This document shows, piece after piece, positions 36,295-45,009 of a stretch of DNA of 57,285 nucleotides; the first letter of the stretch is position 1; each line of letters opens with the position of its first letter. The notes under the pieces are model-generated. The model was not told the DNA's origin. It saw only the letters and a program-made list of their open reading frames with translations, and ran no database searches. The stretch lies in NCBI GenBank assembly GCA_030633565.1, contig DAOVSH010000001.1, forward strand, positions 1 through 57,285, in the 5' to 3' direction. A program made the position numbers and the translations under genes. The DNA is from Candidatus Cloacimonadota bacterium. GTDB taxonomy: Bacteria; Hydrothermota; E44-bin80.

Positions 36295-38005
36295 AATTGA
36301 AGAAATCCTCAAATTTGTAAATAAGGGAAAAATTTCTTTTCAAACATTGAATAACGTTTTACCAAAAGAGCTAATAAAACCTGAGGAACTTGATAATATT
36401 TTTATGTATTTGGATGCTGTTGGTGTTGTGGTTTATGAAGATGAATCTTTTAAGAAAACGAAAGAAAAACCCACAAAACAAGTAGTAAAAGCTGGAGACG
36501 GAAGAACCGCTAAATATAAATCTGATATTCGGATTGATGATCCAATAAGAATTTATCTTAAAGATATGGGAAAGGTATTTCTCTTATCGAGAGAAGGAGA
36601 AGTATCAATTTCTAAGAAAATTGAAAATGGACGTATGTGTATAATGAAGAACCTTTTTTATATACCATTAGGCTTGAGAGAAATTGTATCGTTCTACTAC
36701 AAACTTAAAAATAATGAAATTCGAATCGAGGAATTTATACATGTTGATGTAAATGACTGGCCACACAACTATTCAGGATGGAAGGAAAAGCAGAGAGTTA
36801 TGAGATTGCTTGAAGGGATAGAACGATATAGAAAACAATACTGTGAATCTTTGAAACGTTTAAAAAATTTGAAATATGGTAAAAAAATTATAGAGGAAGA
36901 GAAGAAACTTCAAGCAGTTCATGAGAAGATAATAAGTAAAGTTTCTCGATTAAAAATTCAGGAAAGAGTTATACTGGATGTTATTTATAAACTTAAGGAT
37001 CTCGTTTCTGAGATAAAAAATATTGAAAGAAGAGCAAAGAAAATTGAAAATTCTGTCGGGGTAGATAGAGAAGAAATTCTTGGGCTGAAGAAGAAAAGAA
37101 TAACAAAAAAAGTTATTGAGAGTATCGGTAAAGATAAGGAACTGATAAAAAAAGATATTGATGATTTGGAGTATTTGGTGAACAAGTTAGATGATATAGA
37201 AAAGAATGAAATAATCCTTTTAAAAGATCTCAAGAAATTATTACATACAATAAAGGTTTGGGAAAAGGTAATTTCACAACTCAAAGAAAAGATGATTGAG
37301 GCAAATGTCAGGCTTGTTATTAGCATAGCAAAAAGATATACAAATAGAGGACTTGATTTTCTCGATTTAATCCAGGAAGGAAATACAGGATTAATGAAGG
37401 CAGTTGAAAAATTTGATTACAAAAAAGGTTATAAATTCAGTACATACGCAACATGGTGGATTAGGCAGGCAATTACAAGAGCAATTGCTGATCAGGCAAG
37501 AACAATTAGGGTTCCTGTACATATGATCGAGGTTATTCATAAGGTTGTAAAAGCAACAAGAGAGCTTGTACAGGTGAATGGAAGAGATCCAACACCAGAT
37601 GAAATTTCAAAGAAAATTGGAATTTCTGTATTAAAAGTGAAAAGTGTTTACAAAATTGCCCAGGATACTGTTTCTCTTGACAAACCCATAGGGAATGAAG
37701 AAGAGAGTTTTCTTGGCGATTTTATCCCTGACAGAACTGTTACATCACCTGCACATTCAGCTGCACTGGTATTATTACAGGAAAAACTCCAGAGAGTACT
37801 GGGAACGCTCAGCCCAAGGGAACAGAAGGTGCTCGAGATGAGATTTGGTCTTAGTGACGGCACACCAAAAACCCTTGAGGAAGTTGGGATGATGTTTAAT
37901 GTTACAAGGGAAAGGGTAAGACAGATTGAAACAAAAGCATTAAAGAAATTACGTCATCCTACAAGGGCTCGGAGGTTAAAGGGATTCCTTGAAATGCCGG
38001 AATAG
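36269..38005 (+). CDS. rpoD: RNA polymerase primary sigma factor (sigma-70, RpoD)
   Basis: 578 aa with region 1.1, a long non-conserved insert, region 2 ([54 protein letters not shown]) and regions 3-4. The start is uncertain and may overlap the dnaG end. Confidence 0.85.
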   Translation: MLLAKRVFKIEEILKFVNKGKISFQTLNNVLPKELIKPEELDNIFMYLDAVGVVVYEDESFKKTKEKPTKQVVKAGDGRTAKYKSDIRIDDPIRIYLKDMGKVFLLSREGEVSISKKIENGRMCIMKNLFYIPLGLREIVSFYYKLKNNEIRIEEFIHVDVNDWPHNYSGWKEKQRVMRLLEGIERYRKQYCESLKRLKNLKYGKKIIEEEKKLQAVHEKIISKVSRLKIQERVILDVIYKLKDLVSEIKNIERRAKKIENSVGVDREEILGLKKKRITKKVIESIGKDKELIKKDIDDLEYLVNKLDDIEKNEIILLKDLKKLLHTIKVWEKVISQLKEKMIEANVRLVISIAKRYTNRGLDFLDLIQEGNTGLMKAVEKFDYKKGYKFSTYATWWIRQAITRAIADQARTIRVPVHMIEVIHKVVKATRELVQVNGRDPTPDEISKKIGISVLKVKSVYKIAQDTVSLDKPIGNEEESFLGDFIPDRTVTSPAHSAALVLLQEKLQRVLGTLSPREQKVLEMRFGLSDGTPKTLEEVGMMFNVTRERVRQIETKALKKLRHPTRARRLKGFLEMPE

Positions 38006-38170
38006 AGAGAAATACAGAAGACAGATATCAGATAACAGACAACAGATAACAGATATCAGATAACAGACAACAGACAACAGATATCAGACATCAGACATCA
38101 GACATCAGACAACAGACAACAGATATCAGACATCAGACATCAGACAACAGATAACAGATAACCTCTAACA
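38006..38170 (+). repeat. Hexanucleotide microsatellite (CAGAYA)n, ~27 units, immediately after the rpoD stop
   Basis: cagataacagacaacagataacagatatcagataacagacaacagacaacagatatcagacatcagacatcagacatcagacaacagacaacagatatcagacatcagacatcagacaacagataacagataacc. This is the reverse complement of the (TCTGWC)n tract at 26020-26168. Confidence 0.9.
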
Positions 38171-38199
38171 ACAAAAATGTAACCGCCAAACGTCGTGAA

Positions 38200-38889
38200 T
38201 TGGGGATTGAAATGATTGAATGGGATGACTACTGGAAGGATTATTCTGCATCTAAGGCAGAGAAATGGCTTATATCCGAACGTGATAAAATAATAAAGAG
38301 TTACCTTGATAGAATAAATATAACAAATAAAAAAGTTATTGAAGTAGGTTGTGGTTTTGGCTCAAATCTTCGTCTTATACACAGCACAAGAAACGATGTG
38401 GATTGCTATGCACTTGACAAAAGCAGCGAAGCTGTAAAATCAATAAAAAAAATTATTCCAAATACAGTTGTTGCTGACTGTAGAAAAACTGATTTTCCTG
38501 ATAAAAAGTTTGATCTAATATACAGTTCTGGATTAATGGAGCATTTTAAAGACGAAATTCCATTTCTAAAAGAAATGAAACGAATCTTGAAAGATGATGG
38601 ATACATTATTACTTGTGTTCCTGCCCGTTACTCCCTCTGGAAGCTTTATCAACTGCTACATTTTGGTCTCTGGCAACACGGATACGAGAAAGCTTATAAT
38701 TACAATGGTTTGAATTCACTTTTTTCAGAAAATGAGTTTAGTGTTATAGAAATAAGAGGAATTGATCCCTTCAGTATAAGCGGATTTATAATGAAAATAT
38801 TCAATGCATCTTTTAATCCTATTATTAAAAGAACACCACAAAAGAGCGCATATACAGAACTCTGTGTAATTGCGAAGAAAAGAGTGTAG
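38200..38889 (+). CDS. Class I SAM-dependent methyltransferase
   Basis: 229 aa. Motif I VIEVGCGFGSN, post-I acidic residue ALD, motif II DLIYSSGLMEHF. The start is alternatively at 38212 (MIEWDDYW), which has GGGGA upstream. Confidence 0.6.
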   Translation: MGIEMIEWDDYWKDYSASKAEKWLISERDKIIKSYLDRINITNKKVIEVGCGFGSNLRLIHSTRNDVDCYALDKSSEAVKSIKKIIPNTVVADCRKTDFPDKKFDLIYSSGLMEHFKDEIPFLKEMKRILKDDGYIITCVPARYSLWKLYQLLHFGLWQHGYEKAYNYNGLNSLFSENEFSVIEIRGIDPFSISGFIMKIFNASFNPIIKRTPQKSAYTELCVIAKKRV

Positions 38890-39415
38890 AATAAGACAGA
38901 AGACAGCTCACAGCTAACAGCATACAGCTAACAGCTCACAGCTGACAGCATACAGCTAACAGCATACAGCTAACAGCATAACAAATTGAGTGATTGGTTG
39001 GAAGACAGAACGAATGCGAATCGGAGTATGGTAGTGTCGGAGAAACGGGGAAACGGAGAGTGAATTAATACTATGCATTGGAAGTAAGCACTTCGTGCTG
39101 GAAGATATCCTTCGATTATCTCAGGATGGAAGTTAACCTTCGGTTGGAAGAAGCTGCTACGTTATATTGAATTGCAAGTTAAAAGTAGAAAAATCGTTTG
39201 ATTGGTTTAATTTGTTTAATTAGTTGTATTGGTTATGGGAACATAGCGTAATTAAGTAATTTGGTAATTGAGTAATTAACAGATAAGCAGGCTCTTCGCT
39301 GGAGTGGGTTCGCAATGACAAACTTACGCAGGCTGACCCTTCGACTCCGCTCAGGACAAGAGCCTGCGGCTACCTTACATCGAAAATTTACATCCAGATC
39401 AATAGCCAAACGATA
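38890..39415 (+). repeat. (ACAGCW)n microsatellite followed by copy C of the modular intergenic repeat, with a GC-rich stem module at its right end
   Basis: 38893-38960 are acagct/acagca hexamers. 39045-39300 match copies B and D. 39290-39375 (caggctcttcgctggagtgggttcgcaatgacaaacttacgcaggctgacccttcgactccgctcaggacaagagcctgcggctac) matches the reverse complement of 25800-25860. Confidence 0.85.
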
Positions 39416-39418
39416 TTA

Positions 39419-40450
39419 ATGATGAAAAAGAGAATAATTGATGATTTATGGAATGAAATAGAAAAAATTCCTTTTAGATCAAAGAAATTGAAAGAACCTT
39501 TAGGAACAATACTCTTTTCATTACCAGATATTCCAGCTTATGTATTGCAAAACATGATTAAAAATATTAATTATATACCTAAAACACCTCCTTTCTTTTA
39601 TCCTTATAGAAATAATATATTTATAAAAAGGGTCATTAAAGTAAAAAAAGGCTTAAAAATTAAAACAGTGGTAGGGGAGAGGAAAGGTAATAAAAAAACA
39701 ATAATACTTGTTCATGGTATATTTCAGTCAAAGAATTTTAGATTTATCAGAGATATTGCTGAACATCTTTATAACTACTTTAACTTTAATGTTATTGTTA
39801 TTGATCTAAGAGATCATTTAGAAACAGGTTTTTTATCGCCTTGTTTTCCAGCCTCGTCTGGTTTCTTTGAAGGTAAAGATATACTTGAAATTGCATCGCA
39901 AATAAAATTTAAAAATACTGATCTAAAAATATTTCTCCTTGGTTTTAGCTATGGAGGTGGTATCGTTCTTAATGCGTTAAATTCATATAAAGCAAATAAA
40001 ATAATATCAGGTGTTATAGCTGTTTCTCCAAGTCTGATTCTTGAGGATGTAGTAAATCATATTGATACAAATCCAGGTTTTTTCTCGTCATTCCATCCAA
40101 TATATAATCTTTTTAAGCTATGCTTGTTTTTACGGTATCGTTTTAGAATAAAGACATTTGATGAGTACCTTGAAATAGCTGCTAAAAAGTATGGATTTGA
40201 AAAATATGAGATGATGAGAAGTAGTTCTGTTACAGAATTTATAGATCGAATTGACGTTCCTGCCCTTATTATTCTGTCGAAGGATGATCCTGTAATTCCA
40301 AGATGTAATATGAAGAAAGTTCTTGATGAATCTCAAATTAATAAAAATGTAAAAGTTCTTGTTAAAAATGAAGGTGGGCACATAGCATTTTCATTCATTG
40401 CTTCTTCATGGTTTTTTAAAGTGATTGATAAATTTGCAGAGCAATTCTGA
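39419..40450 (+). CDS. Alpha/beta-hydrolase fold protein (YheT-like putative esterase)
   Basis: 343 aa. HG motif ILVHGIFQS, nucleophile elbow GFSYGGG, and a downstream Asp/His in the expected order. Confidence 0.6.
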   Translation: MMKKRIIDDLWNEIEKIPFRSKKLKEPLGTILFSLPDIPAYVLQNMIKNINYIPKTPPFFYPYRNNIFIKRVIKVKKGLKIKTVVGERKGNKKTIILVHGIFQSKNFRFIRDIAEHLYNYFNFNVIVIDLRDHLETGFLSPCFPASSGFFEGKDILEIASQIKFKNTDLKIFLLGFSYGGGIVLNALNSYKANKIISGVIAVSPSLILEDVVNHIDTNPGFFSSFHPIYNLFKLCLFLRYRFRIKTFDEYLEIAAKKYGFEKYEMMRSSSVTEFIDRIDVPALIILSKDDPVIPRCNMKKVLDESQINKNVKVLVKNEGGHIAFSFIASSWFFKVIDKFAEQF

Positions 40451-40554
40451 TGATTTAACTATTTACAGTATCCTTACGGGTTAAAAATAAAAGTTTTAAA
40501 TTATTTTCTTGACATAATTGTGACAATGTGATATAAAAATTGTAGTTACATTCT

Positions 40555-40781
40555 AATAAGATACGGTTGCAAGGTTAAGGGAAGTTACGTGAAAATCGTA
40601 CGCGGTCCCGCCGCTGTAACCGGGAGCAAAAGCCGCTCTATGCCACTTCGCGTTTGCGTGGGAAGGCGCGGTGATTAGAATAACCCGGGAGCCAGAAGAC
40701 CTGCTTTGTAATCGCAATTCGCCTTCTTCGAGGAAAAGTTAGGTGGAATTTTTTTTATATCCGCTTGAAGAGGTGAAAGCG
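40555..40781 (+). ncRNA. Cobalamin (AdoCbl/B12) riboswitch with intrinsic terminator expression platform
   Basis: A GC-rich island in an AT-rich region. It contains tgccacttcg...gggaaggcgcggtg (the GCCACTG/GGAAGGC core). It has a B12-box-like gagccagaagacctgc (40679-40694). A terminator CCGCTTgaagaggtgaAAGCGGattttttttatt (40751-40784) lies 20 nt before the btuB-like ATG. Confidence 0.7.
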
Positions 40782-40802
40782 GATTTTTTTATTGTTGATA
40801 AT

Positions 40803-42728
40803 ATGACAAATTTATTTTTAAATATTTTATTTTTAATATCTATACAAGGACAGTCTCCAGAACCTTGTTCTTCTGATGTTTATAATAAAGATGAAATTAA
40901 ATGTTATGTTATGCAACCAATAATAGTAACTGCTAAGAGGTGGAAGTGGGTATTGGATACACGCCCTATATCGGGTGAAATAATTAAAATAAAAGAAGTT
41001 GAACGGACATCTGATCTCGGCGGAATTATAAAATCTATGTTAAATGCTGATATTATCTCATACGGAGGGGAAGGAAGCTCACAGATATTATCCCTTCGAG
41101 GAGCATCTCCTGATCAAACTCTTTTTTTCATAGATGGTGTTCAGATTAATACTGCGCAAGGTAGTGGACTAGATATGTCACAGTGGCCTGTTTCATGGAT
41201 AGACCGCATAGAGATTTATAGAGCTGGTAGTTCAGTAGAAATGGGTGCACAAGCAATTGGTGGAATAGTTAATATAATAACAAAAAAAGAAAAAGTAGCA
41301 CATAGATATATTTCGTCAAGAATTGGTTCTTTTGGAAATTTTAATGTCAATACACTCTGGTCGTCAAATTATTTAAATGGTAAATTGCAATCCTGGTTGG
41401 GCGTTCAAAGTAAACAAGGAAAGGGAGATTTCTGGTATCTTGATGAGAATCACGATGCAGTTAGGCAGAGAGAAAATGCTGATTATAAAGACATTAGCGC
41501 AATGACAAAAGTTGGTTATAGTTTTGGTAATAATAAGTTGGAATTAAATTTAAGGATGCAGAATTGCGATAGAGGTTCTCCGGGATCTAGTGAATTTCCT
41601 ACACCTGAAGCCAGATTAAAAGACCAAATGTATTCTATTCAAGCAAAATTAACTTATAACAAAGGGGTTTTTCTTCAATCGGTGTGTAAGACGTATACTA
41701 ATTGGTTTAACAGAGGATATAAAAATCCACATCCGATTATTTATGCCGATGATATGCACAAGAACTTTGCCGTGGCGATTGAAGAAAAGTGTCTTTTATT
41801 TTTCTCGCCAAATTTCAAGGCTATATTTGGGGTGGAGATAAGAAAAGATAAACTGGTGAGTTCAACAGATGGAGAGTGTGAAAGGCAAAAGTTTGGGACT
41901 TTTTTACAGAATGAAATACTTTTAATGAGTGAGAGTGGGAGATACTTGCTTCTATTACCTGGAATTCGTTCTGAATGGGTCGATGAATATCAGTCAGAGA
42001 TATGCCCTGGCATGGGAGTTGTTTATACCTTTCTCGGGGGATTTATTATTCTGAAAGCGTCTACTGAAAAGGTTTTTAGACCCCCTACTTTCGATGATTT
42101 GTTTTGGCCTGCAAGTGCCATGGCTGTTGGAAACCCTGATTTACTACCTGAGGAGGGTAGAAATTCAGATTTGGGAGTGATATTGTATCCTTTATCTTCC
42201 ATTATAAGAACTACATTTACTGGGTTTCATCGTGATGTAACAAATTTGATTAATTGGATTCCCGGCGCAAAGGGAATATGGAGACCTCATAATGTTGGAA
42301 AAGCTAAAATAATGGGCATTGAAGCAGAATTGTCGAGTTACTTTTATCCACTATGTAATATCTATCTTGAAATTGTTTCAAACTATGCATACACAGTAGC
42401 TAAGGATTTGACAGGGGAACGAAATAGCACAGGAAAACAGATTTCAGGAAGACCAGTACATAAAGCTAATTTAAAAGTTTATATTTCGTTTGAGAAATAT
42501 CAAATGTCTACTACCTGGAATTATGTAGGGCTTCGTTATACCACTGCTTCAAATACAAAATGGATTCCAGAGTATATAGTAGGTGATTTTATAATACTTT
42601 ATCAATTAAATGGAAATATTGATTTATCGATTGGAATAAAAAATATTACGGGGAAAAGATATATTGACGCAGTGAATTATCCTGTTCCAGGAAGGAGATT
42701 TAGCGTAAGTATGTCACTTGATTTTTAA
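40803..42728 (+). CDS. btuB: TonB-dependent outer-membrane receptor, BtuB-like (vitamin B12/corrinoid transporter)
   Basis: The start is chosen at the ATG at 40803 (MTNLFLNILFLISIQG, signal peptide), since the longer ORF would begin inside the riboswitch. TonB-box-like QPIIVTAKR; plug domain (ILSLRGASPDQTLFFIDGVQIN); 22-strand barrel region; C-terminal RRFSVSMSLDF. Directly downstream of the cobalamin riboswitch. Confidence 0.75.
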   Translation: MTNLFLNILFLISIQGQSPEPCSSDVYNKDEIKCYVMQPIIVTAKRWKWVLDTRPISGEIIKIKEVERTSDLGGIIKSMLNADIISYGGEGSSQILSLRGASPDQTLFFIDGVQINTAQGSGLDMSQWPVSWIDRIEIYRAGSSVEMGAQAIGGIVNIITKKEKVAHRYISSRIGSFGNFNVNTLWSSNYLNGKLQSWLGVQSKQGKGDFWYLDENHDAVRQRENADYKDISAMTKVGYSFGNNKLELNLRMQNCDRGSPGSSEFPTPEARLKDQMYSIQAKLTYNKGVFLQSVCKTYTNWFNRGYKNPHPIIYADDMHKNFAVAIEEKCLLFFSPNFKAIFGVEIRKDKLVSSTDGECERQKFGTFLQNEILLMSESGRYLLLLPGIRSEWVDEYQSEICPGMGVVYTFLGGFIILKASTEKVFRPPTFDDLFWPASAMAVGNPDLLPEEGRNSDLGVILYPLSSIIRTTFTGFHRDVTNLINWIPGAKGIWRPHNVGKAKIMGIEAELSSYFYPLCNIYLEIVSNYAYTVAKDLTGERNSTGKQISGRPVHKANLKVYISFEKYQMSTTWNYVGLRYTTASNTKWIPEYIVGDFIILYQLNGNIDLSIGIKNITGKRYIDAVNYPVPGRRFSVSMSLDF

Positions 42729-42758
42729 CTTAAAAAGGAGGATGCTAAAATAAGATTT

Positions 42759-43985
42759 TTGTGGATATTACCTTTGATAATGATGATTTTCTCATCAAAC
42801 TTATTGTGTCTTAGTGTAGGAGCTGATTCGGTTCTGTCTGTAAATTATGGAACAAATTCTGGATTTGGACAGGATAGTTTTCCGCAAATTGTTCTTGGTA
42901 TGCCAAAAGGGGAAGGGTCTTCGGTAGGTTCAAAAGATGTTTTATCTCTTGGTAAAAGCGGAGATATTACTTTAGCATTTGTAGATGAGATTGTTGTCGA
43001 TGGACCGGGTTACGACCTTGTCGTGTTCGAAAACCCTTTTTTAATTGGTGGTGATTCAAACAATATTTATTGTGAAGTGGCTTTCGTAGAAATAGGAAAT
43101 GAAGAAAGTTTGTTTATCCCGTATCCATTTGAATATGATTCCACAATTCATCCAGTAGGAAACCCATTAAGGTATAATGGTTTGGCGGGTGTTTGGCCAG
43201 TTAATTCAAAAAATGGTATTCCTGACCCAAGAAATCCTGATTCGTCAGGCGGAGATTTTTTTGACCTTGCTTTAGTCGGACTTGAAAATGCTCGTTTCGT
43301 TCGGATAATTGATGCCGGGGATTCTATATATGATGGAGGTTGGTCGTTACCACCTACTGCTGGATTTGATTTGGATGCGATAGTGGCAATAAATTGGACT
43401 GATGCAAATAATCCATTTATTGTCAAAGATGCATTTGCGATATCAAAAACTGAGATTGTAGTTCAATTCTCTAAAAGTTTGGCAAATAATACGTTTTTTT
43501 CTTTAGAATATTTCCAACTCAATGCTAACTCTTTAGAAATCGGAGATGAAATTTTCATCTCCGATTCCACCACAATTATAATAATATTAAATAAAACACC
43601 ACCATTGGATGATAAAATGCCTGTTTTAACTGTTTGTCAGAATATAGAAAGCAAAACAGGGGAGAATTTATTAAACGGCTACGATAAACAAATAAGAATT
43701 TCTGATAACTATTATTCTTACACCAACAATTTAAGAATAATAGCATATCCAAACCCATCATTTTGCGATGTTACGTTTCTGGTAAATATAGAGTATAGAA
43801 AACCATATAGAATAGATATTTTCAATATCGCAGGGCAGAAAATATGGGAAATAAATGCAGATTATGATGAAGTTATCTGGAATACATGTAACGAATCAGG
43901 AAACAAAGTTGCTGCTGGCTGTTATATTTGTAAGCTTTCTACTGGAGGGAAAAATGCATTTTGTAAGATATTGTTATTTAAGTAG
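42759..43985 (+). CDS. Secreted protein with a T9SS C-terminal sorting domain (unknown N-terminal domain)
   Basis: 408 aa. TTG start after AAGGAGG. Signal peptide MWILPLIMMIFSSNLLCLSVGA. C-terminal ~80 aa (IDIFNIAGQKIWEI...GNKVAAGCYICKLSTGGKNAFCKILLFK) fit the Por_Secre_tail pattern. Confidence 0.55.
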   Translation: MWILPLIMMIFSSNLLCLSVGADSVLSVNYGTNSGFGQDSFPQIVLGMPKGEGSSVGSKDVLSLGKSGDITLAFVDEIVVDGPGYDLVVFENPFLIGGDSNNIYCEVAFVEIGNEESLFIPYPFEYDSTIHPVGNPLRYNGLAGVWPVNSKNGIPDPRNPDSSGGDFFDLALVGLENARFVRIIDAGDSIYDGGWSLPPTAGFDLDAIVAINWTDANNPFIVKDAFAISKTEIVVQFSKSLANNTFFSLEYFQLNANSLEIGDEIFISDSTTIIIILNKTPPLDDKMPVLTVCQNIESKTGENLLNGYDKQIRISDNYYSYTNNLRIIAYPNPSFCDVTFLVNIEYRKPYRIDIFNIAGQKIWEINADYDEVIWNTCNESGNKVAAGCYICKLSTGGKNAFCKILLFK

Positions 43986-45003
43986 AAATGGTTATCTTTT
44001 ATTAATAATTTTTACAATCCTTTTGTTATTCATTGGGGGATGTAAAAAACATCCAATGTTACCAGAGCCGCCGAATCCAGAAGAGTCAATCATACTTGTA
44101 GTAAATGGTCTTGGGGAAACACTTTCAATAATTCATTTGGACAATGGAGAGGTTGACAACGATGTATTGACATTGGGTTTATGGACGAATCATATTGTTG
44201 TTAATTCAAATGGGGATGTGGCATATGTTGTTAATTCAGGAGAAAACAACATACAGGTTATTGATTTATACTTGTTAGAAACTGTTTGCATGATAGATGT
44301 TGGAGTTGGACAAAATCCTTATCATTTAGCAACTACTGATACACTGGGATTTGTTACAAATCTTTTAACGAATACAGTATCAGTGATTAATTTCAAGGAA
44401 TATAAAGTTGTTGATACTATTTATGTTGGTGTTGCACCCGAAGGTGTCTTAATACAGGGAAATAAAGCATATGTAACGAATACAGGATATTCCTATGGAG
44501 GTTATGGTCAGGGAACGGTCTCTGTAATAGATATAAATACTATGCAGGTTGAGTTAGTTATTGATGTTCCGACAAATCCACAAGAAATAGTAAGCGACCC
44601 AATAGGGAATCTTCATGTGGTATGTACTGGTAATTATATGGACAGTACAAGTGGGAAAATAGTCATAATTAATCCCGAGATAAATTGTGTAATAGATACA
44701 GTTGTCCTGGGTGGTTCACCCTCTGATGTAGTCTTTACTGCTGGTGGAAAAGCATATGTTGTGGGTTATTGGGGTGGTCTAATGAGCTACGACTGGCAAA
44801 AGAACCAGGTCTTGCATAATGCTTTTAATCCTATAGTAAAGGATGATGGATTGATGAACATTGAACTGGATACTGTTGAAAATTGTATTTATTTATGTGA
44901 CTTCGATGATGACAGAATTTTGGTTGTGGATTTAACAGATGAGTCTATTGTAAACGAATACAAAGTTGGAGATGGTCCTGTGTGTATTACAGTAAGGCAA
45001 TAA
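43954..45003 (+). CDS. Lipoprotein with YVTN-family beta-propeller repeats
   Basis: The start is chosen at the ATG at 43954 (GGAGGG Shine-Dalgarno; MHFVRYCYLSRNGYLLLIIFTILLLFIGGCKK, with a lipobox Cys). Repeated blades carry the motifs AYVVNSGENNIQVIDL, AYVTNTGYSYGGYGQGTVSVIDI and AYVVGYWGG. No CTD. Confidence 0.55.
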   Translation: MHFVRYCYLSRNGYLLLIIFTILLLFIGGCKKHPMLPEPPNPEESIILVVNGLGETLSIIHLDNGEVDNDVLTLGLWTNHIVVNSNGDVAYVVNSGENNIQVIDLYLLETVCMIDVGVGQNPYHLATTDTLGFVTNLLTNTVSVINFKEYKVVDTIYVGVAPEGVLIQGNKAYVTNTGYSYGGYGQGTVSVIDINTMQVELVIDVPTNPQEIVSDPIGNLHVVCTGNYMDSTSGKIVIINPEINCVIDTVVLGGSPSDVVFTAGGKAYVVGYWGGLMSYDWQKNQVLHNAFNPIVKDDGLMNIELDTVENCIYLCDFDDDRILVVDLTDESIVNEYKVGDGPVCITVRQ

Positions 45004-45009
45004 GGAGGT

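Noticed and set aside
36985-37326. 113-aa minus-strand ORF inside rpoD
   Set aside because: Antisense to a highly conserved sigma-70 gene. Ser/Phe/Ile-rich low-complexity translation.
42742-42750. ATG directly after the AAGGAGG upstream of the first T9SS protein
   Set aside because: It encodes only M-L-K before a stop. The downstream in-frame TTG at 42759 or the ATG at 42780 must be the start.
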